64,000 nt of DNA from Paraspadella gotoi (GCA_051294375.1 CM119269.1:22965812-23029811), one strand, 5' to 3'. Numbered from the stretch's first letter, positions 1-13,170 are shown. A program made the numbers and translations. Notes: generated by a model from the letters alone, not told the origin.

Positions 1-912
1 AAAATTATAATTAGCTCGGGTTTTTTTTATTCATATTTTTTGCAAATTCTCTCTCGTAAAATTTTTAGTCATAAAGAATGAGTTTTTAGCTGCTGGAGAC
101 GAAGATGACGACGACGACGATGACGACGACGACAAAGACGACGACGATGACTGACAACAACAAAAATCACAACGACGACAACAACAACGAGCAAATGAGA
201 GCGAAATGATTTCCGGCGCAAAAAAACGACCACGGAAATAATCCTCTCTTCCTCCTCCTCTTCCTCCTTCTCTTCCTCCTCCTCCTTCTCTTCCTCTTCC
301 TCCTCCTAATCATAAATTACTACGTAATTTGAGTCAAAAAAAACTAAAACCTCAAATAAAGAGAAAGAAGATAACGACGACGACGAAAAGAGAAGAACAA
401 AAAGAATTAAATTTTCACATTTTGAGCATAATAAATCCAATCAATCAATCAATCCCTCTTCCTCCCTCTCTTTCTCTTCCTCCTTCTCTTCCTCCCTCTC
501 TTCCTCCCTCTCTCCCTCTTCCTCCCTCTCTTCTTCCCTCACTTACTCTTTCTCTCCTCCTCTTCTCTCTTTCCTCTTTCTCTCCCTCTTATCTCTTACC
601 TCATATTCTTCTTCTTCCTTTCTTCCCCTATCCTTCCTCTAATCTCCACTCACTCCCTCCCTAATCTTCCCCTTCCCCTCCCTCTAATCTCCCTCTCTTC
701 CTCCCTAATCTCTTTCCTTTTCTCCTTAATCTTCTTCTTCCATTCTTCCCCCCTCCCCTCCCTCTAGTCTCCTCTCACTTCCTCCCTAATCTTCCCCCTC
801 TAATCCTCTTCTTAAACTCAAATCAACTTTCGATTTGACTGAAACGAAGTCAAACAAAATTGACGCAAAGATCGAATCGCATCTGCGCCTCTGGGGAGAA
901 ACATTGGGTTGA

Positions 913-949
<37 letters not shown>

Positions 950-1010
950 TCAGTAAACTCTTGCTTCCCGCGTTTGACAAGAAGGGCATCTGGCGGTAAC
1001 CATAAAAATC

Positions 1011-1032
1011 CTCGTCGTCGTTATCGTCATCG

Positions 1033-1084
<52 letters not shown>

Positions 1085-1320
1085 CATCATCAAATACATC
1101 ATCTTCATCCTCGTCGTCATCATCATCATCTTCATTATCGTCATCATCATCATCTTTATCTTCCTAGTCGTCATCGTCGTCATCATCATTATCATCATCA
1201 CCATCATCATATTAATCGTCATCTTCATCATCGTCTTCATCATCGTCGTCATCATCATCATCTTTATCATCTTCATCAACATCATCTTCATCATCATCTT
1301 CATCATTGTCACCTTTATCA
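1011..1320. repeat. (CAT)n/(CGT)n trinucleotide microsatellite complex
   Basis: Direct reading. It produces the poly-His and poly-Met ORFs; the Asp-rich minus frame is broken by TAA and TAG stops. Confidence 0.9.
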
Positions 1321-1514
1321 TTGAGGCTGACGCCAACACCAAGGCTACCTTCCAAGCAAGGCTTTCCACATTGGCGGTCGTCGTCGTCGTCTTCGTCGTC
1401 GTCGTCGTCTTCGTCGTCGTCTTCGTCGTCGTCGTCGTCGTCGCAAGGCCTTCCTGACTTTCGACGCTAATGAGAGACTTTGCATTGAATATGAATCGGA
1501 ACCCAGTTTCTCTT

Positions 1515-1825
1515 TTTCCCTTTTACTTTATTTTTCTCATTTTTACTTTATTTTTTCCTTTTTACTTTATTTTTCTCCTTTTACTTTATTTTTTCCTTTT
1601 TACTTTATTTTTTCCTTTTTACTTTATTTTTTCCTTTTTACTTTATTTTTTCCTTTTTACTTTATTTTTCTCCTTTACTTTATTTTTTTTCTTTTTACTT
1701 TATTTTTCTCCTTTTACTTTATTTTTTTCTTTTTACTTTATTTTTATCCTTTTACTTATTTTTTTTTCCTGTTACTTTATTTCTCTCCTTTCCTATCTTT
1801 TTTTTTTTACTTTATTTTTTCCTTT
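1515..1825. repeat. ~20-bp T-rich minisatellite (TTTTACTTTATTTTTTCC)n
   Basis: Repeated TTTTACTTTATTTTT units are visible throughout. Confidence 0.85.
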
Positions 1826-1827
1826 TT

Positions 1828-2177
1828 AGTTGCGCCACGAACTTTATAAGGCACTTTTCAGTCGGTCTGTCGGTCGGTATGTCTGTCCGTTGGTCTGTCT
1901 CACTTAAATTAAAAATGCTTATAATTAGCCTATAATTGGTTGCTCATTTGTTAAGACAGAATAAAACCTCAAATCTAAGTGACAGCTAGCGCCGCCTTCA
2001 GGAAATCCTAAAACTATAAAGAATAAAAGATTGAATTCCCATGCAGTGCAGGTCATTAAAACAAATACAATATATATATTATATATAAACTTCCTTGTCA
2101 TGTTGTCATGTGATCACAGGGAAATAAACGTGAAAAGAAAGTCACTGCGGCGCAACACATTGGATGGACCCATCTTG
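1828..2177 (+). mobile_element. Helentron-associated non-autonomous element (DINE-1/HINE-like)
   Basis: Sub-terminal inverted repeat GTTGCGCC (1829-1836) / GGCGCAAC (2149-2156). GTCG/GTCT microsatellite near the 5' end (1861-1900). 3' short hairpin GATGG-AC-CCATC (2163-2174) followed by TTG. Both ends lie in T runs. This is the established architecture of Helentron-associated elements. Confidence 0.65.
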
Positions 2178-3100
2178 TTTTTATTTTTTTTCTTTTTCTT
2201 TCTTCTCATCTTTTTCTATTTTTACTTTAGAGATTTTTAATCAATTTTCTGCCCAGTAACAACTTAAAATTGTTTTCTCCATAAATAGGTGGATAATATG
2301 ATGAATGTTATATAATAGATATTCAAACAATGAAATTAAAAAGAGTAAGTGTTGGAAAAAACTCTTGATGGAAATCGTAGTGAAGCCAGTTAATGATGAA
2401 ATTCTCTCTGTCTCCCTCTCTCTCTCTCTNNNNNNNNNNCTCTATCTCTCTCTCTTTCTCTCTCTCACTCTCTCTTTAATCGTTTCGTGTTTTGTTTTTC
2501 TGAAATTTTCTTTCAAACAAAAGAAAAAAATCGATGCTGAACTGAAAGAAGAAAACAATTTGAAACTAATGATGACAGAGATGATGACAGAGATGATGAT
2601 ATAGATGATAACGTAGTTGATGATAAAGAGGTTGGAACAGATGATGACAGAGATGATGACAGGGATGATGTCATGGTTAATCTCAGAGATGATTTGGACT
2701 CTTAATGTCAGAAATTATGACATATTTCTGATGAAAATAATAATAAGTTAATTGATAAACATCGTATTTACTTTTAAATTAATGGTCTCGTGACTCTCCC
2801 CCACTCTCACAGTCTCACAGTCTCACATTCTCTCGCAGTCTCACATACTCTCACATTCTCACAGTCTCACACTTTCTCACAGTCTCCGAGCGTAAGGAAA
2901 ATAAATCCTTCCTGTCTTTCAAGGAAAGATAAATATTTCCTCTCTATTAAGAAAAGAGAAGTCGTTCTTCTCTATTGAAAGAAAAGAAAAGTCCTTTTAC
3001 TCTCTTTTCAGAGGAGAAAGAAAAATATGGACGTCATTTGAATTTCTGCCTCCTTGAGATTTTTCTTGGCTTTGGTTAAGGATGAAGGAGAGAGAGAGAG

Positions 3101-3156
<56 letters not shown>

Positions 3157-3236
3157 CTTCTTCTTAGTACTTTTTCGCATTAATAAATCAATCAATCAAT
3201 CTCTCTTTCTCTCTCTCTTTTTCTATCTCTCTTTCT

Positions 3237-3316
<80 letters not shown>

Positions 3317-3347
3317 CTCTCTTCACTTTAATCTTCAGTTTTTCTCT

Positions 3348-3420
3348 TCATTCTTCCGGATCTAATAAATTCTTGCTGATGAAGCGCGATTGACGGACGA
3401 TGAAGGGGTACGAGATTCTG

Positions 3421-3485
<65 letters not shown>

Positions 3486-3871
3486 ATGATTGATTGGTAA
3501 TTAATTGATCTTTTGATTGATTGATTCATTGATTAACTATTATTTATTGAATCGATTAACTGAAAAGTTTATTGATTGATTGATTTATTTATTTATTTAT
3601 TGATCGAATCGATTGTTGTGTATACTAATCATGTATATAATCACATTTTAAATTCTTAAAAAACTTTTTTTTCTAATCATTTTTCTCTTTAAATTTCTTT
3701 TTTTATTCATAATCTATTCATTTTTTTAATTTTTCTGTTCATTTTTCTATTTATTTTTCTTATAAATATTTTATTCATTTTTCTCTTCATTTTTCATTGG
3801 ATCGAAAAATTCCTCGGCAAACCCATTAGCCCCTGAGTCGAAAATGGAACGAAAGGCCGAAACTCGACGAC
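3348..3871 (-). CDS. Two candidate 3' coding exons of an unidentified gene (3871-3823 and 3417-3348)
   Basis: Strong acceptor TTTTTTTTCAG before 3871, weak GTTTGC donor after 3823, and acceptor AAACAG before 3417. The phases join to give RRVSAFRSIFDSGANGISYPFIVRQSRFISKNLLDPEE-stop. No homology recognised. Confidence 0.3.
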
Positions 3872-4543
3872 CTGAAAAAAAAGGGAGAAATTTTTTAAAT
3901 ATGAAATGGAAAGAGTTGTCCTTTTAAAAAGTGTATGTTTGTATGTCTAGATATAGAATTGCGTATTGAGGATTTTTAATAGAATGAATTTATTAATTAT
4001 TGATTTATGATTATAAACCTGTGAAAATGGAAAATGGAATTAAAAAAGACAACACCCAATTAATCTTTTTTTTTCCTTTTATTTTTCTTTCTATAACTTC
4101 ACTTTTAAGTTCTTCCCTTTCTTTCTCTCTTCCTCTTTCTTTTCCTCTCTTCCTCCCTTTCTCTTCCTCCCTTTCTCTTTTCTTTCTCTTCCTCCCTTTC
4201 TCTTTCTCTTTCTCTTTCTCTTCCTCCCTTTCTCTTTCTCTTTCTCTTCCTCCCTTTCTCTTTCTCTTTCTCTTCCTCCCTTTCTCTTTCTCAAAACGGA
4301 AAAGGTTCCACCTCTATATAGAATTTTTCTTTTTTAATTTACCAATTCCTCGTTTATGTATTCAATGAATTTTTAATTGTAATTTTATATTTTTTACATA
4401 CTTGTATGTACATAATATTCATGTACGGCTCTCTTAAGATCCTGTGATTGTAAATGTGTTTTATTGACATTATGAGCAGAATAAATCAATCAATCAATCA
4501 ATCAATCAAACAATCAATCAATCAAACAATCAATCAATCAATC

Positions 4544-4636
<93 letters not shown>

Positions 4637-5735
4637 ACAAATCAATCAATCAATCAATAAATCAATCCCTCCCTCACTTTCCTCTTCTCATCTTTCCTCA
4701 TTTCCTCTCCCTCTTCCTTTCTCTCTCTTTCTCCTTCTCTTCTTACCTCTTTTCCTACCTCACTTCCTCGACTTCCTTTTTCTCTTCCTCCCTCTTTTCC
4801 TCCCTCTATTCCTACTCCTCTTCTTCCTCTCTTTCTTCCTCTCCGTCTCCCTCTTTTCCTTCCTGTCTTCCTCCCTCTTTTCTTCTCTCTTCCTCCTTCT
4901 CTTCATCTCTCTTTCTCCCTCTCTTCCTCCTTCTCTTCCTCTCTCTTTCTCCCTCTCTTCCTCCATCTCTTCCTCTCTCTTTCTCCCTCTCTTCTTCCCT
5001 TTCTTCCTCCCTCTCTTCCTCTCTTTTCCTCCCTCTCTTCTTACCTCTCTTTCTCCCTCTTTTCCTCTGCGCAGTTGAATGAAGATAAACGAAGGAAAAA
5101 CCAAAATAAAAAGGAAATTCGTGATCGAAGGGAGGAGGAGGAAGAGGAAGGGCAGAAGGAGAAGACGAGGAAGAAGAGAAGATGACGGAGGCAGAGAAGA
5201 GGAAAAGAAGGAGGAAGAGAGGGAGGAAGGGAGGGGGAGAGAATGAGGAAGAGAGGGAGGAATAGAGTGAGAAAGAGAGAAGAAAAGAGGCAGGAAGGGA
5301 TGGAGGAATAGAAGAGAAAGAGAGGGAGGAAGAGAGGAGGAGAGAATGAGGTAAAGAGGGAGAAAGAGAGGGAGGAAGAGAGAAGAAAAGAGGGAGGAAG
5401 AGAGGGAGGAAGAAGGAGATGAAAAGATGGAAGTAAAGGAGGAAAAATGAGTCAAGAATGACAAACTTAAGGAGAAACAAAACAAAGAGAAAATTCGTGA
5501 CTTTTCCACCGAATCGTCGTCGTTGTTATCGTCGTCGTCGTCGTTATCGTTATCGTGGTCGTCGTCATCGTCGTCATAAGTTACTTCGAAATTCGTGGAT
5601 TTTAACATCCATTTTAGATTGATTTACTTTGCTTGATTAATTAATTTACTCTTCCTCCTCCTCGTCCTCTTCTTCCTCCTCCTCTTCTCTTTCTTTCTCC
5701 TCGTCCATTGACCTCACCTCAGCTGGAATTTTATT

Positions 5736-5794
<59 letters not shown>

Positions 5795-6415
5795 ACATTC
5801 TCCGTGTTCCGCAGATAAATTATCAACATGGGAAGGAGAGCGAGAGGCGAAGAGTGAGATAGAGTCAGATTATAAAAAGCATAGGATTAAGATAATTAAT
5901 ATATTTATATTTTTAATATTAAGAGAGAGAGAGAGAGAAGAGAGAGAGAGGAGAGAGAGAGAGAGATGACCTCATTGGCGTCCGTTGCAGTTTCAATTGA
6001 TTCCCTCGTTTTGCAAATAAATTATCTACTTAAAGTGAGAGAGACTAAAGAGAGAGAGAGAGAAGAGAAGAGAGAGAGAGAGAGAAGAGAGGAGAGAGAG
6101 AGAAGAGAGAGACTGAGAGAGAGAGACTGAGAGAGAGAGAGCAGCCATGAATCGACGCTCATCAATATTTACGAGAATTAAAAAACCCAGATTGAGATTT
6201 GTTTCACTCAAACTGAATGACACTGACAGTGTCAGTGACACTGTCAGTGTTGTTTTCCTTTCTCTTATTGATCTTTTTACCTCATAACATTCTTTCTAAA
6301 CTAATTATTATTAATCTTACTTAATTCTTTTCTTTTCTTCTTTTTTTTCTTTTCTTTTCTTCCTCGACTTTCGGACAATTCCATTCCAAGATTTAAACTG
6401 TCTCTCGTTAAATCT

Positions 6416-6449
<34 letters not shown>

Positions 6450-6571
6450 ACTTATCGGATTTTTGTCTTTCTCTCTCTTTTTCCTTTCAAAATGTGGTGG
6501 CGGTTTGAGAAAGAAAGGGGAAGTAGAGAGCGAGAGAGAGCGAGAGAGCGATAGAGAGAGAGAGAGAGAGC

Positions 6572-6627
<56 letters not shown>

Positions 6628-8147
6628 AGTGAGAGAGAGAGAGAGAGAAACTTCTACTGCTACAGAGACAAAAACAAAGTAATTTCGGTTCCACTTTTTT
6701 CATATTCAATTCTGTTCCCTCCTTCACTTCCTCTCTCTCTCTCTCTCTCCCTCTCTCTCTCTCTCCCTCTCTCTCTCCCTCTTTCTCTCACGCTCTTACT
6801 TTAAATCTACCTCTATCCCGTTCTCTCTCTTCCTCCTTCAAACTTCCTCTCTCTCCCTACTTCCCTCTCTATCTCTTCCTCTCTCTCTCTCTCACTCCCA
6901 CCCTCTTCCTTTCAATCCATCTCTATCCCCTTTTCTCTCTTCCTCCCTCTCTTCCTCTCCCTCTCTCTCTCTTCCTCTCCCTCTCTCTCTCCCTCTCTCT
7001 CCTAAAATTCTGATTTCTCCCTTCGTCTAAGAAAGAACAGTAATCTTATTAAAAGAGACGAAAGGGAAAAAAATGAGATACAAGGAAATAGAAAAAAAAA
7101 GAAAAAAAAGAAAAAAGATATACGAGGAAAATTACAAAATAAAGAAGACATAAGTACGGACAAAAAGTGAGAGGGAGGATTGCAGAAAATGTTTGACTAT
7201 TTTCTATGCTTCTTGGGTCGCGCGTTCGAGGCGTCGCCCGTCCGAAAGGTACGACGAGAGTTTTGGATAATTATTATTATATTTTCGTTTATCAAAACCC
7301 GTAGAAACTTTATTTCACACGGGCAGACGCATGATTCGATATTTGGATATTGAATGACACATTTTGGTAAAGGAGACTAAAAATTAACTTGACCTTAAAA
7401 GAGGCGGCTAATATCGAAAATACAAAGTGGTCAAATATGATTGACCTGACAGAGAGAGAGAGGCGAGGCTCAACATTTTCGTCAAGGACAGACGGAGGGA
7501 CAAGATACAGAAAGACCAAAAAAAAGGAAAAAAATAACAAAGAAAGATCATTGTTGAAGATCAGATTGACAGACCGACCGACAGACTGACAGACAGTCAG
7601 AATGACCGACAGAGAGACAGTAAGATTCAAAGACCGAAAGAGATACAGACGGAGATACTGATGAAGAGACAGAAAGATCGATAAAGATAGAGACGGACAG
7701 AAATACCGATAAACCGACAGACAGACCACATGATTGAGTGTCGGACAAACGGATCGGACCGACCGACCAAATGTAAACTATCAAAATCTAAATCCACAAA
7801 TATTTCTAAGAAATAAAAAAAGAAAAAAAAGTTTTTCTTTTTCCAATTTTTTTTCTAATTTCGTTTCAAGGATTTTATGAGCCAAGGAGAAATTTCTTTT
7901 CACTGCGCGTTTAGGCTCTTTAAGTTCTGCATTCTGTATCCCTAATGCCGTAATGCCGTAGTTTTTTAGCATCGCTGGCATCATTTTAATCTCATTGGTT
8001 GTACAATGTACATCTGCGCACGATCTTATGCTCCAAAATCCTGTACATATTTTGTAGTTCTTACTATTAAGCCTTATTGATTGCATTGACTAAGACAGCA
8101 TGTTCTACACCGCCTGCATCTTCGCTGCACTAAATATTCCTGCACCG

Positions 8148-8451
8148 CCTGCATCTTATTCATCTTCCTGCAGCGCCTGCATCTTCTTCATCTTCCTGCA
8201 GCGCCTGCATCTTATTTATCTTCCTGCAGCGCCTGCATCTTATTCATCTTCCTGCAGCGCCTGCATCTTCTTCATCTTCCTGCAGCGCCTGCATCTTATT
8301 CATCTTCCTGCAGCGCCTGCATCTTACTCATCTTCCTGCACCGCCTGCATCTTATTCATCTTCCTGCAGCGCCTGCATCTTATTCATCTTCCTGCAGCGC
8401 CTGCATCTTCTTCATCTTCCTGCACCGCCTGCATCTTCTTCATCTTCCTGC
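8148..8451. repeat. 28-bp minisatellite (CCTGCATCTTATTCATCTTCCTGCAGCG), ~11 copies
   Basis: Period measured from 8148 to 8176. The unit is not a multiple of 3. Confidence 0.92.
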
Positions 8452-8740
8452 ATTTCACCTCCGTAGTCTGTTAGCATTAAAAATCGATTATTTAAAAAAA
8501 AAACCATTAATATCGATAAAATGTTGAATTAAAAGTCATTTACAATTGAATGACTCTGAAGTGGAGCGGATGAGAGGAGCAAACGTATGGCGCATGAGTT
8601 GGAGGAAGAGGAGCCAATGACAGGAGCGGTCGAAGGGGATCAGGGGTCGAGGAATCGGCCTTATTTTCCCAGAGCGCCTTATTTCTGGTTAAATTTGGAA
8701 TCGAGGTTTAAAGATTAGGTTAGAGTTTAAGAATAAAGGT

Positions 8741-9360
8741 TAGGGGTAGCCGCACTCAATGGGGTGAGTCAAAAATTTTAAGAGTGAGTACATGCTCAAA
8801 CGAATATTTAGACATTTTTAAGAATACTTTCAATGGACAAAAAATTTCTAATATGGCTCTATACCCTAGTAATTAATTTTTTTAATATTTATTTTTAGAT
8901 AGGAAAGGCCAAAAATTTTTTTTAGATTTTTAAATTTTAAGACCAGATTCAGATAGCTCATAAAAAGTTGTCTACACAAAGTATGATTCTTTTTTAAATA
9001 TTTTTACGAATAAGTGTGTCAAAAATAAGAAAAAACCATAAAAAAAAATCATCATCATCATCATCTTTTGATGATTTTATCAGTATTTTTATATTTTCAC
9101 TTAGAAAATGTAAGAATTTTTATAAGCTGTAATTATATTTCTTGTTTAACTTTTTATGCTCTATCAGAATCCATCAAAAAATTTTAAGATTTAAAAAAAA
9201 TATTTTTTGCTCTATATAGTAATATAATATTTTTAATTAGGCTAGTACCCTCAGAAGAAAGCATTTTTGACAAAAAATCTTTTAATACCATAATCTATGG
9301 TCATGATAGATTATTTTAATGCCGTATACATTAGCATTTAAATTTCATCGGCTATGGCTA
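8741..9360 (+). mobile_element. ~600-bp foldback MITE, copy 1
   Basis: Termini TAGGGGTAGCCG...CGGCTATGGCTA. Internal inverted arms (GATTCAGATAGCTCATAAAAAGTT / AACTTTTTATGCTCTATCAGAATC) surround a central (ATC)n. A full-length reverse copy lies at 35128-35689. Confidence 0.8.
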
Positions 9361-9595
9361 ATTGGGTTAGGGATTGGGTTAGGGATAGGGTTAGAAATAA
9401 AGGTTAGTGATTGGGTTAGTGATTGGGTTAGGGATTGGGTTACGAAATAAAGGTTATAGTTGGTTGGCGACTTCGCCCATGGCGATATCGCCAGGGCTTT
9501 GCGATGTCGCCAGTCCACGCCACTTGGCGACCTCGCCAGTGATAAAAGTAGGAATATATGAAAGCGCAGCTAACACGGGGATGGAACATCAACCT

Positions 9596-10310
9596 ACAGG
9601 CTCCTCTCCCCAACCCTAACCCTAAACCCAAGCCTCCCCGTTCAACTTCCTTGCTTCCGCTAACCCTAACCCGGGCCTGGCCTCCCGTACATCTCCATGC
9701 CCTCCAACCTAACCGCTAACGCCTTCGAATGCATCAACACAGGGCCCCTCCCCCAACCCTAACCCTAAACCAAGCTTCCGTTCAACTCCATGCCCTCTGC
9801 CCCTAACCCAACCGAGCCCGGCCTCCGTACATTCTCCTTGCCTCAACCCTAAACTAACCGCCTTCGATGCATCAACCATGGGGTCCCTCCCCCAACCCTA
9901 ACCCTAAACCAAGCCTCACGTTAAGCTTCCTTGCCTCTTCCCCTAACCCTAACCCATGGCCCGGCCTCCCGTAATTCCTCCGTACCTCAACCCTAACCTA
10001 ACGCGCCTTCGATGCATCAACCATGGGTCCCGCTCCCAACCTAACCTAACCAAAGTCCTCCTGTTCAATCTCAATGCCTCTCCCAACCTAACCCTAACCC
10101 AGGCCGCGGCTCCGTACATTCTCCGTACCTCAACCTAACCCCTAATCGCCTCGATATACTAACCCACAGGGCCTCTCTCTTCCCAACCCTAAACCCTAAA
10201 CCGGCCCCAGGCCTCCCGTACCATCTCCGGCTTCAACCCTAATGTCCCTCGCCGTACCTTCCCTAAGCCTAACCCTAACACGGCCTCTGGTCAACACAAC
10301 ACGCCCTCCT
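9596..10310. repeat. ~143-bp tandem repeat containing CCCTAA blocks, ~4.5 copies
   Basis: Unit starts at about 9597, 9740, 9878, 10023 and 10167. Each unit contains CCCAACCCTAACCCTAAACC...GGCCTCCGTAC...CGCCTTCGATGCATCAAC. Confidence 0.85.
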
Positions 10311-10359
10311 ACCCCTATCCCTAAAATGACATTAAAATATAAGCTAAAATAACTTAACT

Positions 10360-11445
10360 TAACTCAACCCTAACCCTAAACTACTCCAAACCCTAACCTA
10401 AACTTACTCAACCCTAAACCCTAAACTACTACCAACTCAACCTAACCCCTAAACTACTACCCCTAACCTAACTACTACCAACTCACCCCTAACCCCTAAA
10501 CCAACTCAACCCTAACCTAACCCTAATCTGAGTTTAGTTTAGCGAAATCGCAATAACTAGAACGCTAGATGTAGTTCAGTGCGAAATCGCCATTTTGCTT
10601 TACCCTACCCTAACCTCACTAATCAACCCTAAACCCTAACCCTAACTCAAAAAATCCAAACATATCTACTAAAACTACTCAACCTAACCGTAAAAACACA
10701 ATTGTAAACTCTCTTACCCTAACCCATGCTTTGAAAGGGGCGATATTCACCCCTCTAACCCCTAACCCTAACTCGAGAATCTCATACGTCAAGCTAAAAT
10801 GCATTTGTAAACTCTCAAACCCTAACCCTTAACTCAAAAACTCAAATACGTCCTTATTTTTTATGTTTTGTAAATCCTTCAACCCTAACGCCTAAGCTAA
10901 AAAAGCGCGTTTGTAAACTCCCTAACCCTCAACCCTAACTTCGAAAAACTTAATACGTTCCTTATTTTTATATTTTGTAAACTCTTCAACCCTAAACCCT
11001 AGCTAAAAAACGCGTTTTAACTCCTAACCCTAACACCCTAACTTTGAAAAACTTAATACGTGCTGTCCTTAGTTTTTTATATTTTGTAAAGCTCTTCCAC
11101 CTAAACCCTAGCTAAAAACGCGTTTGTAAACTTCCAAACCTAACCCTACACTAAAATTTCAATTGTCCATATTTTTATATTTTGTAAACTCTTCAACCCA
11201 ACCTAGCTAAAAAACGCGTTGTAAACTCCCTAACCCTACACCCTAACGTCGAAAAACTCAATACGTCTTATTTTTATATTTTGTAAACTCTTCAACGCCT
11301 AACCCTAAGCGCAGAATCTCATACATTGTATTTTATTTTCATTAAATATCAACGTAAACTGCTTAACCCTAACCCCCCGTAGTTCAATATTAGTATTTTT
11401 TTACCGTGTTGTAAACTGCTCCAAACCCTAACCCGTAGTAACAGA
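10360..11445. repeat. CCCTAA/ACTACT repeats followed by ~105-bp tandem units with CCCTAA
   Basis: Recurring TTTGTAAACTC..CCCTAACCC..AATACGTCCTTATTTTTATAT..GCTAAAAAACGCG units with many indels. Confidence 0.8.
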
Positions 11446-12059
11446 TATTAATATTTTTGATTTCGTAGTACTTTCTTTGTTGCCCTGCCCGTGTGACGCC
11501 TAAAAATCGACTGTAACGAGGTTCCAACGCAATAGGATCCCATGTTAAACCGCCTTTCATGTGTTTGGCTCCCGGGACAAAATTTTTTCTCCCTAAACAG
11601 AGATTCTATATATTTGGGATGGTCTGACTTTTTCTGGAAATTTGAGTGTCTCTCCTACCGCTTATAAGAGAGCCTCTTTAACGTTATTCCTATAGGTTTT
11701 TTGGAACCGTCGTATTGAATCGAATTTCCTAGTGTAGAGGCAGGCACGGGCCATCGGCGCCCGAGCCGTGGCTGGGACTGAGAGCCATCGTTGTCTGCGT
11801 CGACTTTGATCGCCCCGGGAGACGGCATTGGTTCCTTGACCGTCACGGCCTCTCCGCCGGATATCCGGGTGGAGGGGGCAACGAACGGGCACGGTCTTTC
11901 GATAGACACTATGATGGTTCTTTGGCGGTCAGCGGCGTCGTCGACCGGCTGATGGCGAGGCAGCGCTGGCCGGGCACGGTCACGATACGATTAGACGGAT
12001 TTTTCGGCGATCCCCGGCGATCGTCGGACCGCAAGAATTTGAGTTCCCGCGTTGATCGA

Positions 12060-13170
12060 GGCAAGCGAGAGGAAGACCGGTGGTTAAAAAAATAATAAAA
12101 AATGTGGTGCAATGCGTGGGATTCGATCCGTTGATACGCCGTGACTACCGTCAGGGCGATCGCGGGGGAGATTTTCATGAAACGGTGAAACGCGGACCGG
12201 GTTCGTTCGCTTTGGAGATTCCCTGCGGTTGATCGACGGCAAGCGAGACGGCGACCGGTGTTTAAAAAATATAAAAAAAGGTGTGTGCAATGCGTGGATC
12301 GATCCCGTGGATTTCCGCCCGTGACTCGTCAGGGGCGATCGCGGGGGGAGAATTTCATGAAACGGTGGGAAACGTCGACCCGGGTTCAATTCGCTTCGTT
12401 CAATTTACGGGTAACGGGGATGTCGTAGGTAGAGAGAAAAGTCTGCGGGCCTCACGCCTTTTCTCTTCCCGCGCCGTCGCCAAATTATTCTATATAAATA
12501 AGCGCAGAATAATGTCCGGAGAATCGCCGTGACTTCCGTCAGGGCGATCCCGGGGGTAAAAAAAAATAATATAATTTTAAAAAAAAAATTGGTGATGAGC
12601 GGGTATCGAACCCGTGACTCGCCGTGACTCCGCAGGCGGCCGCTTTTCCGAAGGAAAAATCTTGGCGATCGGCGAAACTGGTTCCTTCGCTCCCTCGCCA
12701 AGGCTTTTCTCAATGTCCCGCGCCGTCGCCAATTTTTTGTAAATATAAATAAGCCGCAGATAATGTCCCGGAGAAAATCGCCGTGACTTCCGTCAGGGCG
12801 ATCCCGGGGTAAAAAAAAAAATATATAATATTTAAAAAAAAAATTGGTGCATGAGCGGGTATCGAACCCGTGACTGCCGTGACTCTGTCAGGGCGGCCCG
12901 CTTCTCTAAGGGGAAAAATCTAGGCGATCGGCTAGCTGGGTTCCTTCGCTCCTCGCTAAGAAGCTTTTTTTCTCAATGTCCCGCGCCGTCGCCAATTTTT
13001 CGTAATATAAATAAGTCGCAGATAATGTCAGAATCGCGTGACTCCGTCAGGGTGATCCGGGGGTAAAAAAAAAAATAAATATTAAAAAAAAAGTCATGCA
13101 ATGCACGGGTATCGAAACCCGTGAACTTCCCCGTGACTCCGTCAGGGCGAATCGCGGGGGAAAATCTCAG
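12060..13170. repeat. Complex 180-260-bp tandem array built on CCGTGACTCCGTCAGGGCGATC
   Basis: Core motif at about 12140, 12320, 12527, 12623, 12782, 12878, 13037 and 13131, alternating with A-tracts. Confidence 0.85.

Noticed and set aside
860-1369. His-rich and Met-rich proteins
   Set aside because: These are translations of a (CAT)n microsatellite; the alternative Asp-rich frame contains stops.
9361-9700. True telomere or chromosome-fusion scar
   Set aside because: The repeats are degenerate, short and bounded by transposon-like ends, and there is no pure (TTAGGG)n tract.
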